Positions 52,450-63,031 of a DNA stretch of 64,000 nucleotides are shown in pieces; within the stretch, counting starts at the first letter, position 1; each line of letters starts with the position of its first letter. Location of the stretch: NCBI GenBank assembly GCA_031414775.1, contig JANOQI010000046.1, positions 116,116 through 180,115 on the forward strand, written 5' to 3'. The position numbers and the translations under genes are program-made. Below the pieces are notes generated by a model. That model saw only the letters and a program-made list of their open reading frames with translations. It ran no database searches and was not told the DNA's origin. The DNA is from Synechococcales cyanobacterium VAR_4_metabat_354. Its GTDB lineage: Bacteria > Cyanobacteriota > Cyanobacteriia > Cyanobacteriales > Chamaesiphonaceae.

Positions 52450-52481
52450 ACTATAAACTCTCTAGTTAGCTTGAGAGTCAA
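52450..52481 (-). promoter_or_regulatory. MerR-type promoter/operator
   Basis: TTGACT-20 bp-TATAGT with dyad ACTCTCAAG-ctaa-CTAGAGAGT across the spacer; adjacent divergent MerR gene. Confidence 0.85.
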
Positions 52482-52501
52482 GGCGTACAAATGAATTACA
52501 T

Positions 52502-52948
52502 GTGAGTGAGAAAATGCTAAAAATCGGAGAGCTGAAAAAACAGACAGGGGTATCAGTTAGTACATTGCGTTACTATGAAAGCCTGGGGCTGCTGCAATCG
52601 GCACTCAGAAGTGATAGCGGCTATCGCTATTTTACTGATAGTGCAGTGCAGCGAGTGCTGTTCATTAAAAAAGCACAAACACTCAATTTGTCTCTAACTG
52701 AGATTCAGGAAATCCTGGATTCGCACGACCGAGGTAGGGAAGTTTGCTCAGTTGTCAAAGACTTACTCAATCAAAAAATTAATCAATTAAATACCGAGAT
52801 TCAAAAGCTTATAGAATCAAAAAAAAAATTGGAAGGTCACCGCGCTCGATGGTCTTCTTATCCGACGGATATTCCTAATAGCGAAAGTGTTTGTACTCTC
52901 ATTGAAGAACTAACATCATTAAGAATTGATGAAAATCAATTGAATTAA
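52502..52948 (+). CDS. MerR-family heavy-metal-responsive regulator
   Basis: KIGEL..TLRYYE..GLL..SGYRYF, FIKKAQ..SLTEIQEIL, Cys in EVCS and SVCT. Confidence 0.92.
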   Translation: MSEKMLKIGELKKQTGVSVSTLRYYESLGLLQSALRSDSGYRYFTDSAVQRVLFIKKAQTLNLSLTEIQEILDSHDRGREVCSVVKDLLNQKINQLNTEIQKLIESKKKLEGHRARWSSYPTDIPNSESVCTLIEELTSLRIDENQLN

Positions 52949-53023
52949 TGGTCCATAACATATCCACCTGGATAAGACTGAGTTGGTAGTAAGGTAAACG
53001 TTACTTCGTGAGTAAATAGAGTT

Positions 53024-55288
53024 ATGGAAGAGCTAGATCTAAAACTCAAGGGTATGAGTTGCGCCTCATGTGCTAACAGTATTGAGCGGGCACTTCTGAA
53101 TGTGCCAGGGGTAGTGGAAGGTAATGTCAACTTTAGCAGCGATCGAGCAACTGTACGCTACGATCCCAAACAGACTAATATCAATATCATCACGAAGGCA
53201 GTTGTTGATATTGGCTATGAAGCCCAAATCATCCCCGCAGATCTGGGCATTAAAGATGACACCGGAAATATACAACAACAACGAGAAGAACGAAATTTTC
53301 AGCGCAGAGTTTTAGCCGGTGCAATTCTCAGTATCCTGCTCGTCATCGGCAGTCTGAGCCATTTCAATCTCAACTTACCATCCTGGTTATCCCAACTAGA
53401 AAATCCCTGGGTACAGCTAGTGCTGGCATCACCCGTCCAGTTTTGGGTGGGTAGGGAATTTCAAATATCGGCATGGAAGGCATTTCGTCACCGTACCGCT
53501 GATATGAATACCCTAATTGCCCTCGGTACGAGTATCGCTTTTTTCTATTCACTGTGGGTGACGATCGATCCTCGTTACTTTACAACCCAGGGATTATCCG
53601 CAGCAGTCTATTACGAAGCGATGGCGATGATTATTACCTTGACGCTATTGGGGCGGTGGTTGGAAAATCGCGCCAAGGGTGCCACCTCCACGGCAATTCA
53701 AGCACTGATGGGGTTACAGGCGAAAACGGCGCGGGTAGTGCGTGATGGTGGCGAAATCGATATTCCAATTTCAGAAGTCGCCCTCGCAGACATTGTAATA
53801 GTGCGCCCTGGTGAAAAAATCCCTGTCGATGGTGAAGTTGTATCGGGATATTCAACTGTGGATGAATCGATGCTCACAGGCGAAAGTTTTCCCGTCACAA
53901 AGCAAGTCGGCGATGAAGTTGTCGGCGCAACTCTCAACAAGATGGGGAGCTTTCAGTTTCGGGCGATGAAAATCGGTAAAGATACCGTGCTGGCGCAGAT
54001 CGTCAAGTTAGTACAACAAGCCCAAAATTCTAAAGCCCCGATCCAAAAATTAGCCGACAACATCACGAGCTGGTTCGTGCCAGTAATTCTAGCGATCGCT
54101 GTGACAACCTTTGTAGTCTGGTTTCTAGCGATCGGTAATTTCACGCTATCGATCGTCACAATGGTCAGCGTATTAATTATCGCTTGTCCCTGTGCTTTGG
54201 GTCTAGCAACGCCTACATCGGTAACTGTCGGCATCGGCAAAGGGGCAGAACATGGCATTTTGATTAAAGGTGCGGAAAGTCTCGAATTAGCCCGTCAAAT
54301 CCAGACGATCGTGATGGATAAAACAGGTACGATTACGCAGGGTAAACCAGTTGTCACCGATACGTCCTCAATCCTAGATCTCGTTCCTAACAGTCCGAAT
54401 ATTTTAGCTCCGCTGGCTTTATGGCGATCGATCGGTGCGTTAGAAAGCAACTCCGAACATCCCCTCGCTGAAGCTTTGCTGCAACACGCCCGCGATCGAA
54501 CTAAGGATGCCCAATTACCGACTGTCGAACAATTTGAAGCGATCGCTGGAAGTGGTGTCAAGGGGATCGTGGAAGGGCGACAGATTTGGATTGGTACCCA
54601 ACGCTGGTTCGATGAAATGAACATCAATTCCTCGGTATTCCAAGCACAAAAAGCCGAATTAGAAGATGCCGGAAAAACTGTGGTTTTTGTTGCTGTCGAT
54701 GGTTATCTCCAAGCAGCGATCGCAATTGCCGATACTGTCAAACCTACCTCTACTAAGGCGATTCACACCTTACAGAAAATGGGCATCGAAGTAGTGATGC
54801 TCACTGGTGACAATCAGCGTACTGCCAAAGCGATCGCCGATCGAGTCGGGATTAAGCGCGTTCTCGCCGAAGTCCGTCCCGACCAAAAAGCGCAGACTAT
54901 TCAGACTTTGCAGGTGCAAGAAAAAAAGGTGGTCGCAATGGTCGGAGATGGGATTAATGATGCTCCGGCTTTGGCTCAGGCCGATGTCGGCATGGCGATC
55001 GGCACGGGTACGGATGTCGCGATCGCCGCCAGTGACATCACGCTGATTTCGGGGGACTTACAGGGCGTTGTGACGGCAATTCGGCTCAGTCGGGCGACGA
55101 TGGCAAATATTCAGCAGAATCTGTTTTGGGCACTTGGTTATAATGTGCTGGGCATCCCGGTCGCGGCGGGGATTCTGTTCCCCTTTACAGGTTGGTTGCT
55201 CAATCCGGCGATCGCTGGCGCGGCAATGGCATTTAGTTCGATTTCGGTTGTCCTCAACGCTTTGAGATTAAAAGGAGCGAAAATATGA
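53024..55288 (+). CDS. copA: Cu(I)-translocating P1B-1 ATPase (PacS/CopA type)
   Basis: [32 protein letters not shown] and MAFSS motifs. Confidence 0.92.
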   Translation: MEELDLKLKGMSCASCANSIERALLNVPGVVEGNVNFSSDRATVRYDPKQTNINIITKAVVDIGYEAQIIPADLGIKDDTGNIQQQREERNFQRRVLAGAILSILLVIGSLSHFNLNLPSWLSQLENPWVQLVLASPVQFWVGREFQISAWKAFRHRTADMNTLIALGTSIAFFYSLWVTIDPRYFTTQGLSAAVYYEAMAMIITLTLLGRWLENRAKGATSTAIQALMGLQAKTARVVRDGGEIDIPISEVALADIVIVRPGEKIPVDGEVVSGYSTVDESMLTGESFPVTKQVGDEVVGATLNKMGSFQFRAMKIGKDTVLAQIVKLVQQAQNSKAPIQKLADNITSWFVPVILAIAVTTFVVWFLAIGNFTLSIVTMVSVLIIACPCALGLATPTSVTVGIGKGAEHGILIKGAESLELARQIQTIVMDKTGTITQGKPVVTDTSSILDLVPNSPNILAPLALWRSIGALESNSEHPLAEALLQHARDRTKDAQLPTVEQFEAIAGSGVKGIVEGRQIWIGTQRWFDEMNINSSVFQAQKAELEDAGKTVVFVAVDGYLQAAIAIADTVKPTSTKAIHTLQKMGIEVVMLTGDNQRTAKAIADRVGIKRVLAEVRPDQKAQTIQTLQVQEKKVVAMVGDGINDAPALAQADVGMAIGTGTDVAIAASDITLISGDLQGVVTAIRLSRATMANIQQNLFWALGYNVLGIPVAAGILFPFTGWLLNPAIAGAAMAFSSISVVLNALRLKGAKI

Positions 55289-55782
55289 ATCTTGCAGCAA
55301 TTATGGTCGGGACAATGCTTTCATTAGCGCAAATGGGTGGAGAATCTCCAATGCAAATGCCAGGCTCGTCTTCAGATCGCTCGTTTCGTCAGATCGAGCA
55401 GCCTTTACCCGTCAAAGTAGGTGTAGTACTTTGTGGACTGACGCTAGTTGGTGCCGAACTCTGGTGGTTTCTGGGACGCAAACAACAGAAACAGCAAGCT
55501 ACCCAAACTAATGGGGTACAAGAGGTACTAATTACGGTTGATGGCGGCTATCGTCCAGATCGAGTTATTGTTAATAGTGGTGAACCTGTGCGGTTATCAT
55601 TTCATCGTTTGGATAGCAATTCTTGTCTCGATGAAGTATTAATTCCCGACTTTGGGATTAGCACCCGTTTACCTGTCGGACAGACAACAACTGTTGAATT
55701 TACCCCGACTAAGATAGGCGAATATGCTTTTACTTGTGGGATGAGGATGTTTCGGGGTGTAATTGAGGTCAAACTCCATTAG
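55285..55782 (+). CDS. Membrane-anchored cupredoxin-domain protein
   Basis: ELWWFL TM, VDGGYRP, SCL, FTCGMRM; ATGA overlap with the ATPase. Confidence 0.85.
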   Translation: MNLAAIMVGTMLSLAQMGGESPMQMPGSSSDRSFRQIEQPLPVKVGVVLCGLTLVGAELWWFLGRKQQKQQATQTNGVQEVLITVDGGYRPDRVIVNSGEPVRLSFHRLDSNSCLDEVLIPDFGISTRLPVGQTTTVEFTPTKIGEYAFTCGMRMFRGVIEVKLH

Positions 55783-55802
55783 AGATGCTAAGTCAATAAG
55801 GA

Positions 55803-57998
55803 TTATTTCATGACTCTAGTTGCATTGAAAATTGCGACTAATGCTACCCCAACATCAGCAAATACAGCCTCCCACATTGTGGCTAATCCTAACAAACCCA
55901 GACCAATAAAAATAACTTTAATAACTAGGGCGAAGATAATATTTTGCATCACAATCGCATGAGTTTTTCGCCCCATTTGAATTGCTTCAGCGACTTTGGA
56001 GGGGTGATCTGTCATCAACACGATGTCAGCAGTTTCAATCGCTGCATCCGTACCCAATCCGCCCATCGCAATCCCAACATCCGCTCTGGCAATTACAGGC
56101 GCATCGTTGATACCATCTCCCACAAAAGCCACCTTGCCTTTTTTATGAAAATCCCAGATTAGCTTCTCTACCGCAGCTACCTTATCCTCTGGCAACAACT
56201 CCGCCGCAAAAGCATCTACTCCCAAAGTTTTTGCCATCCGTTGTGCCACAGCTTGAGAATCCCCTGTCAGCATCATCACATGCTCGACACCTGCTGCTCT
56301 AAGATCGCGAATTGCCTGCACTGCATCGTCCTTAATTTCATCGGCAATAATGATATACCCAGCGTAAACTCGATCGACTGCTAAATGCACTACTGTACCC
56401 TCGACATTACAAGTATCATGAGCGATATTCTCGCGGTGCATCAATCGATCGTTACCCGCTAAAACGAGCTTTCCTTCAATCGTTGCTTGAATCCCGTGAG
56501 CAGCAATTTCGGTGTAATTCGAGATAGTAGATTCATCAATGGGTCGATTGTAAGCTACTCGAATTGATTTAGCGATCGGATGATTAGAATTTGCTTCCGC
56601 CTCCGCTGCGATGCGTAACAAGTCATCTTGCTTAAATCCATTGTGCGGAACAATTTCAGTGACTTTAAACACGCCCTTGGTCAGCGTCCCTGTCTTATCA
56701 AAAGCAATCGCTTTCACTCCGGCTAAAGTATCGAGAAAAGTCGATCCCTTGACTAATATTCCCAGTTTAGCTGCTCCACCAATGCCACCAAAATAACCCA
56801 GGGGAATACTAATTACCAATCCACAAGGACAAGAAATTACTAACAGAACCAGAGCTCGATACACCCATTCAGCGTGGGTTCCCCCGGGAATTACCAGCGG
56901 TGGAATCAATGCCACGGCTAATGATGAAATTACCACAATCGGCGTATAACGACGGGCGAATTTAGTAATAAATTTCTCAGTTTCAGCTTTCTTAGCACTC
57001 GCATTTTCTACCAAATCAAGAATCCGGGCGATCGATGATTCCCCGAATAATTTAGTAACGGTGACAGTTAATACCCCAGTTTGGTTGATCGTTCCGGCTA
57101 ACACAGTTTCACCTACATTCACCGTGCGCGGTACTGATTCCCCAGTTAGTGCCGATGTATCGACTTGAGAATTACCCTCGATTACTTGACCATCTAGCGG
57201 TACCTTTTCTCCTGGCTTGATGATAATTGTATCGCCGACTTTGACCCACTCTGGAGTAACAACTTCAATTCCATTGGCTGTTTTAAGATTGGCAGCATCG
57301 GGACGAATTTCGAGTAGTGACGAAATCGATCGCCGCGATCGACTGACAGCAGTTTCCTGAAACAACTCGCCTATTTTAAAGAATAACATTACACCCACAG
57401 CTTCTGGTAGCTTGTGAATCGCGATTGCCCCGACAGTCGCGATTGTCATCAGGAAGTTTTCATCAAACACTTGTCCGCGCAAAATATTGCGTCCGGCAGT
57501 AGTTAATACCGTCCAGCCACTCAATAGATAAGCTGGAATGAATACCAAATATTCCCCGATCGAATAAGGCGTGTTGTGCAGTGTTTCCTCAAATACTGAA
57601 CCCAACAAAAACAGTGCAACGACTACCGCAACTAATCCACCTTCACGTTTTAAGCTAAATTCTCCCCCACCATGATTATGAGCATGGTCATCTTCATGGC
57701 CGTCATTATTACTACTGTGGTCGTGACCGCTATGATCATGGCTACTGCGTTTAGCTGAAGACTTGGACTTCTCTTCCTCAATGGTATAGCCCAATGCTGT
57801 CACTCGTTGTTTAATATCGGCCTCACTTACCTGATCGGGTTCATAGGTGACAGTTAATCGTCCAGTTGCTACCACCACAGATATCTCAGCTACCCCTGCT
57901 AGCTTCTCTACAGCACCTTCAATCTTCATGGCACAGCTTGTGCAGTCCATCCCACCAACTTGCAGCCGTTGGGTTTTGATCGTAGGTACTTTAGTCAT
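55803..57998 (-). CDS. ziaA: Zn/Cd-translocating P1B-2 ATPase (ZiaA/CadA type) with His-rich linker
   Basis: GMDCTSC, HDHSGHDHS..HAHNH linker, SCPC, DKTGT, TM Lys (VIKV), FADVG. Confidence 0.88.
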   Translation of the reverse strand: MTKVPTIKTQRLQVGGMDCTSCAMKIEGAVEKLAGVAEISVVVATGRLTVTYEPDQVSEADIKQRVTALGYTIEEEKSKSSAKRSSHDHSGHDHSSNNDGHEDDHAHNHGGGEFSLKREGGLVAVVVALFLLGSVFEETLHNTPYSIGEYLVFIPAYLLSGWTVLTTAGRNILRGQVFDENFLMTIATVGAIAIHKLPEAVGVMLFFKIGELFQETAVSRSRRSISSLLEIRPDAANLKTANGIEVVTPEWVKVGDTIIIKPGEKVPLDGQVIEGNSQVDTSALTGESVPRTVNVGETVLAGTINQTGVLTVTVTKLFGESSIARILDLVENASAKKAETEKFITKFARRYTPIVVISSLAVALIPPLVIPGGTHAEWVYRALVLLVISCPCGLVISIPLGYFGGIGGAAKLGILVKGSTFLDTLAGVKAIAFDKTGTLTKGVFKVTEIVPHNGFKQDDLLRIAAEAEANSNHPIAKSIRVAYNRPIDESTISNYTEIAAHGIQATIEGKLVLAGNDRLMHRENIAHDTCNVEGTVVHLAVDRVYAGYIIIADEIKDDAVQAIRDLRAAGVEHVMMLTGDSQAVAQRMAKTLGVDAFAAELLPEDKVAAVEKLIWDFHKKGKVAFVGDGINDAPVIARADVGIAMGGLGTDAAIETADIVLMTDHPSKVAEAIQMGRKTHAIVMQNIIFALVIKVIFIGLGLLGLATMWEAVFADVGVALVAIFNATRVMK

Positions 57999-58050
57999 AT
58001 ATGTTTTGGATAGTGTCGAGCTAACATCTCAAATTGTAGACCAAATGTCA

Positions 58051-58078
58051 TAACACCTGAAAGTATATTCAGATATAT
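58051..58078. promoter_or_regulatory. SmtB/ZiaR operator
   Basis: TAACACCTGAAAGTATATTCAGATATAT closely resembles the smt operator (ACATGAACAGTTATTCAGATA); lies between divergent ATPase and repressor. Confidence 0.85.
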
Positions 58079-58141
58079 AATGATTCTCATTCTTGCCGCT
58101 ATAATTTGAGGAGAGCTAATCTTCTTCAACAAATACTTTTC

Positions 58142-58564
58142 ATGACCGAGCAGGAATATTCAGACCAACTAGCCAAAGGCGACGCTACGCGAACAATTGA
58201 GGATACTCAGACACCTAGTTGTGATGATCGATTGGTGCATTTAGATAATGTCCGTCAACTGCAACTAGAAATTCTGCCAATGGATCAAGCTCAACGCCGG
58301 GCAGAACTGTTTAATGTCTTGGCAGATCCCAATCGACTGCGGTTGCTGTCTGTACTAGCAAAGCAAGAATTGTGCGTTTGCGATTTGGCAGCAGGCTTAA
58401 AAATGGGTGAATCGGCGGTATCTCACCAATTGCGAGTGTTGAAATCGATGCGGATGGTCAATTATCGCAAGGAAGGGCGGAATGTCTACTATAGTTTGGC
58501 AAATAGTCAGGCGATCGAATTATACCTGTCGATCGGATTAAGCTTTGAGTCCATCTCCTCCTGA
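58142..58564 (+). CDS. SmtB/ArsR-family metalloregulator (ZiaR/AztR-like); ATG at 58142 preferred over TTG at 58106
   Basis: CDDRLVH, LADPNRLRLL, ELCVCDLA, SAVSHQLR, GRNVYYSL. Confidence 0.9.
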   Translation: MTEQEYSDQLAKGDATRTIEDTQTPSCDDRLVHLDNVRQLQLEILPMDQAQRRAELFNVLADPNRLRLLSVLAKQELCVCDLAAGLKMGESAVSHQLRVLKSMRMVNYRKEGRNVYYSLANSQAIELYLSIGLSFESISS

Positions 58565-58600
58565 AGCTACAATTCAGGTTTAATGATTCAGATCTAAATT

Positions 58601-59776
58601 TTGTTTACTGCACTCCGAAGATTACCACCCAATGTTTGGCTGATTGGTGTAATTAGCTTACTAAATGATACAGCCAGCGATATGCTATATCCGCTCATCC
58701 CTTTGTATCTATCTTCTGTCTTAATGGCTGGCCCCAGAGCTTTAGGGCTGATTGAAGGGATGGCCGAAGCCACTAGTAGTGTTTTGAAGCTGGTATCGGG
58801 GATAATAGTCGATCGAACTAACCGCACAAAGCCTTGGATTGTCTGGGGCTATGGTTTAGCGGGGTTTAGCCGTCCAGTACTAGCGATTGCCAGTAGCTGG
58901 GTGGGAGTGCTGGGGATTAGAATGCTCGACAGGGTCGGTAAAGGCTTCCGGAGTTCGCCTCGCGATGCACTATTAGCAGCTAGTGTACCGCCAGAACGTC
59001 GTGGTTTGGCATTTGGTTTGCATCGATCGATGGACAATGCTGGTGCGGTGTTGGGGCCAATTTTAGCTGCTGTACTGCTGGGTTATGGTCTTAAAGTTCG
59101 AGATCTTTTTGTTATTTCCATCATCCCAGCGATTCTATGCTTAGGAATGTCACTACTGATTAAAGAACCAAAAAATGTTCTGACTGATACTCGCTGTAGT
59201 AGTTTTAGCTGGAATCTCCAGGGTTTGCCAACCAATTTCAAGCGCTATCTTTTGGCTGTAGTAATCTTTAATCTAGGTAACTCTTCTAATATGTTCTTGT
59301 TGCTCCGTGCCCAAGAATTAGGTTTATCAGAAGCTCAAGTACCCCTAGCCTGGGCGACAATTTCGGCGATCGCGATGATATTTGGCACGCCATTATCGGC
59401 ACTATCTGACAGATTTGGGCGGATTCGATCGATCGCCGCTGGTTGGTTAGCCTATGGGCTATTTTACTTATCCCTGGGATTTTTATCCCCTGGCAATCCA
59501 ATTTTACTGTTTGGTTTGTTTGCCTGCTATGGTCTATTTCTAGCAGCTACAGAAGGAGTAGAAAAGGCATTAGTAGCCGATTTAGCCCCATCAGCAATGT
59601 TGGGGACTGCTTATGGCTGGTTCAATCTAGCAAGTGGGATGATGTTACTACCTGCTTCGATCGTGTTTGGTTGGTTCTATGAAAATGCTGGAGCTACCAT
59701 TGCTTTTGAATTTTCAGCAGCTTGTGCGTTGATATCAGCTGTTTTGCTGCTGAGAGTTAAGCAAAAAGTGGATTAG
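58601..59776 (+). CDS. MFS transporter
   Basis: About 12 hydrophobic segments; DRVGKGFRSSPRDA, LSDRFGR. Confidence 0.88.
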   Translation: MFTALRRLPPNVWLIGVISLLNDTASDMLYPLIPLYLSSVLMAGPRALGLIEGMAEATSSVLKLVSGIIVDRTNRTKPWIVWGYGLAGFSRPVLAIASSWVGVLGIRMLDRVGKGFRSSPRDALLAASVPPERRGLAFGLHRSMDNAGAVLGPILAAVLLGYGLKVRDLFVISIIPAILCLGMSLLIKEPKNVLTDTRCSSFSWNLQGLPTNFKRYLLAVVIFNLGNSSNMFLLLRAQELGLSEAQVPLAWATISAIAMIFGTPLSALSDRFGRIRSIAAGWLAYGLFYLSLGFLSPGNPILLFGLFACYGLFLAATEGVEKALVADLAPSAMLGTAYGWFNLASGMMLLPASIVFGWFYENAGATIAFEFSAACALISAVLLLRVKQKVD

Positions 59777-59803
59777 CCTTTTGATTCTTATCAGCCATGT
59801 CAC

Positions 59804-61105
59804 TTAATTATCACCAAGAATCTCAGCTTTCGATCGCCAACTATAAAATAGATAACCGATTTCCATTATTCCCCCCAGACTCATCCCAATGGCCGCAGCG
59901 ATGGCTCCATTTTGCCCGAATTTTACACCCAAAGACGCTGTGCTTAACATCACTATTGCCCCCACCCAAGCAGCATGATTTACACCCCAAGTACGTCCTT
60001 CACTTACTAAAAAACCTTGCATAGCATTTTGAATTGATACCAATAGTGGCACCACTGCACAAATTAATAACACCGGACGCACTCGCGAAATTAGTTCTTG
60101 ATCATCACCAATAAACCAACCGATCGCATCTTCACTCATCGGTGTCCCACTAACTAATAATAAAATTAACGAGCATACAATCCCAACGGTAATTGCAAAT
60201 GTAATTAACAATTGATCGGGCATTAACTTCCGATTACGAATAATTATTTGTTGTACCATGCGCGTTGAATTTGCAATTACTAATACTAAACCCCAAGCTG
60301 CTGGCCAAGCCGCCAAAGCAATTTCTCCATCGTTAGCTCGTGCCACAACGCCGACTAGAGCTGCCCGCGCTCCCCATACCAGCATCATCGTTCCGCCCAA
60401 CGGTGCGTAAAATTTCCATACTCCTATTAAATCTTGAGGTAATTCTGGTACAGATATTACCTCTGGTAATTTTGTAGCTCCTAACTTGCGGGCTAGATAG
60501 GTGACAGCTATAGCTTCGGTGATTACGCCCCAAACTAGACTCAGACCAGCGACTACCGCGCCGTTTGTTTTGAGGATAAATCCGCCAACAAGAATTATTC
60601 CTACTGATAACAACCTCACAACACCTGCTTGCGCTACCGCATAACTTTGCCCATTATGAATTAATAAGCCTTGAAAATATCTACGCCAGCCGATCGCCAA
60701 TGGCCATAGAATAACAATCATCAACACCGATCGCACTCTATTACTCAAACTCGGCGAAACTCCTAACCACCCTTCGCCAACAATTGCAAAGACCATCGGT
60801 ATAGTTGTCAGAGCTAGTAATAAGCTCATTGCTCCACTAGCAATTAAAGCGAATTTCCATAATGCCTGACGAGATGAGCGAGTGGGAGCAAGGGCATTGC
60901 TGGCATGGAGCAACATAATAATGGGACTTTCACAGAAAATGGCGATCGCTTTGGCTACACCGATGGCGGCAATATTAGTTCTCGGATCTGGTAAATGAGC
61001 GAGGGTCGTAGTTGTCAAAGGATCTCCCAGTGCCATTGTCACATCAGACAACGATAAAGGGATGAATTGCTGCCACAGTTGAATTAATTGGCGATTGCGA
61101 GACAT
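59804..61105 (-). CDS. MATE/MOP-like multi-pass membrane exporter
   Basis: Two-fold internal repeat (FIPL../FYAPL..; RRYFQGLL/QNAMQGFL), about 12 TMs. Confidence 0.65.
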   Translation of the reverse strand: MSRNRQLIQLWQQFIPLSLSDVTMALGDPLTTTTLAHLPDPRTNIAAIGVAKAIAIFCESPIIMLLHASNALAPTRSSRQALWKFALIASGAMSLLLALTTIPMVFAIVGEGWLGVSPSLSNRVRSVLMIVILWPLAIGWRRYFQGLLIHNGQSYAVAQAGVVRLLSVGIILVGGFILKTNGAVVAGLSLVWGVITEAIAVTYLARKLGATKLPEVISVPELPQDLIGVWKFYAPLGGTMMLVWGARAALVGVVARANDGEIALAAWPAAWGLVLVIANSTRMVQQIIIRNRKLMPDQLLITFAITVGIVCSLILLLVSGTPMSEDAIGWFIGDDQELISRVRPVLLICAVVPLLVSIQNAMQGFLVSEGRTWGVNHAAWVGAIVMLSTASLGVKFGQNGAIAAAIGMSLGGIMEIGYLFYSWRSKAEILGDN

Positions 61106-61162
61106 TAAAATTTTAGTACTTAGAAGAGTGTAATATTGTCTAGCCGATCGCTAGACTACAAA

Positions 61163-62254
61163 TTATGACTTGTTTTTGGTGAATTTAATCGGAGCAAGCG
61201 CCCGAACTTCTACTTCAAGTTGTTGTTTGGAAAATAACTCGATCTGATTGGCTTTGAGCCAGCCTTGATTGTAAACTGTTTCTAGATAACGATCACCGCG
61301 ATCGGGATTCAACATTAAAATTGACAAGTGACGGCTTGAATTCGCCTGAGCATAGGCCAATCCACCAGCTAAAATTGCTCCAGTAGAGGCACCCAGTAAT
61401 AAACCTTCGCGTTGGGCAATTTGATGACAGAAAGAAAAGGCCATTTGATCGCTTACAGTATAAGCAACATCTAGTAAGCTCGGATCGAAATTAGGTGGGA
61501 CAAAAGATAAACCCAATCCCGTCATTTTGTAGGAAGACTTGGGGGTTCCAAATACCGCTGAACCGGCTACATCGACACCAATAATTTTGGTATTGGGATA
61601 GCGTTGTTTGAAGTAGCGACTAATTCCAGCTATTTGCCCTGCTGTACTCACGCCAATCACAATTGCATCTGGCGCACCATTAAAAGCTGATTCAATCTCG
61701 CGTGCTGTATAAATCTCATGCGCGTCGGGATTGTGAGGGTTGAGGTGTTGACAGGGATACCAAGCCCCAGGAATATTTTCAGCTACTGCTTTCGCTCGTT
61801 CCATGCGGGCTACCTGCATGGAACCATTGCTATCCGCAGCACTGAGGGAAACCTCGACTAATTCTGCTCCATGAGCAGACAATATCCGCCGCATAGTGGG
61901 GCTGGTTTTGGCATCAATCACAATTTTCACCTGATACCCGCGCACCGCACCTACCATGGCCAACGCAATACCAAAATTACCGGAACTAGATTCGACAATC
62001 GTACCGCCTGGTTGAAGTAATCCGGCTGCTTCAGCTTGATTCACTAAACAGACTGCATTTTTTTCTTTAATACTCCCACCTGGATTGCAAGATTCGAGTT
62101 TGAGATAAAGATTGTGTTGTTGACACTGTGGGCTGACTTGATTTAATCTGACGATCGGCACTGAACCAACCGCTTGCATGAAATCTTGGGCAATGCGCGG
62201 CGATGCAGGAGCAGCGATTTTTTTAACTGGCGACCGAGTTGGTGTGAGAATCAT
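61163..62254 (-). CDS. Cysteine synthase-family PLP enzyme (SbnA-like)
   Basis: LKLESCNPGGSIK, ESSSGNFG, GVSTAG, EGLLLGASTG, PDRGDRYL. Confidence 0.85.
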   Translation of the reverse strand: MILTPTRSPVKKIAAPASPRIAQDFMQAVGSVPIVRLNQVSPQCQQHNLYLKLESCNPGGSIKEKNAVCLVNQAEAAGLLQPGGTIVESSSGNFGIALAMVGAVRGYQVKIVIDAKTSPTMRRILSAHGAELVEVSLSAADSNGSMQVARMERAKAVAENIPGAWYPCQHLNPHNPDAHEIYTAREIESAFNGAPDAIVIGVSTAGQIAGISRYFKQRYPNTKIIGVDVAGSAVFGTPKSSYKMTGLGLSFVPPNFDPSLLDVAYTVSDQMAFSFCHQIAQREGLLLGASTGAILAGGLAYAQANSSRHLSILMLNPDRGDRYLETVYNQGWLKANQIELFSKQQLEVEVRALAPIKFTKNKS

Positions 62255-62378
62255 TTTCTGCGGTGCTTACTGTATTAGTTGCCATTGCTATCGTAGGTAC
62301 TAATAGTAAAACCTCAATGAAAGCCGCCAGCTAAAAGAATCAGTCAAAAAGGCTATCTAGTGAGGGGCAACTTTACTA

Positions 62379-62700
62379 TAAGGGACTTGCAATCGAATAG
62401 ATTACCGGTCATTCTAGAATAATACGTCTAGAATTTTACGGCTCTAGATGCTGTCCCTCCCCAGAATACCAAGATGCTAAGCGAGCAGATCAAAGCCACG
62501 TTAAAAGATGCGTGCCAAAAACTAACTGGGCCGAAGAAGCGGGCGTTTATAGCCAAGGTGGCCGAAGATTACTTTGACGCTTCCGCTCGGAAGACAGAAA
62601 CCCATCTGGGATGGGGTCGTAAAAGCATTCAGTTTGGGCTTCACGAAAGTCGCACAGGGATTTTGTGCAAAGACAACTATCAAGCCAGAGGGAACCACAA
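62379..62700 (+). pseudogene. ISAzo13-family transposase 5' remnant
   Basis: LKDACQKLTGPKKRAFIA..ETHLGWGRKSI..GLHE.RTGILC.DNY.ARG, then abrupt loss of similarity; TAAGGGACTTGCAA end-like sequence upstream. Confidence 0.75.
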
Positions 62701-63031
62701 GATCATTGTAATTAACCTTGTATACCTTCTTCCTATCCTTGCCTCCTCCCAGCACATCATCAAACCTTTGCACTTCCACCCCATTCAAGCGTTCGAGCTG
62801 CTCCACATCCTTTCGATCGATATTCAGCCAGCCAACTGGTTCCCACTTACCATCCCCCGTCCTCCTAGCTTTGAGCATCAGCCGATCGGGTCGTATCCGA
62901 AAAAAGACTGCGAAGAGAGAACAATTATTAGACCTTGCTCAAACCCAACAAACTTAAAACGTTGCGATTATTGCGAATAATCCGTTAAAATTTAACCAAT
63001 CCCCCAATATTGGATTGCCAACAGTTAAATT

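Noticed and set aside
62700..62940. Minus-strand fragment (GDGKWEPVGWLNID..) as a plasmid relaxase tail
   Set aside because: Looks coding but is too short and broken to assign a family by eye
62474..62980. 168-aa ORF as an intact gene
   Set aside because: Transposase similarity stops near 62700; the remainder is read-through into unrelated DNA
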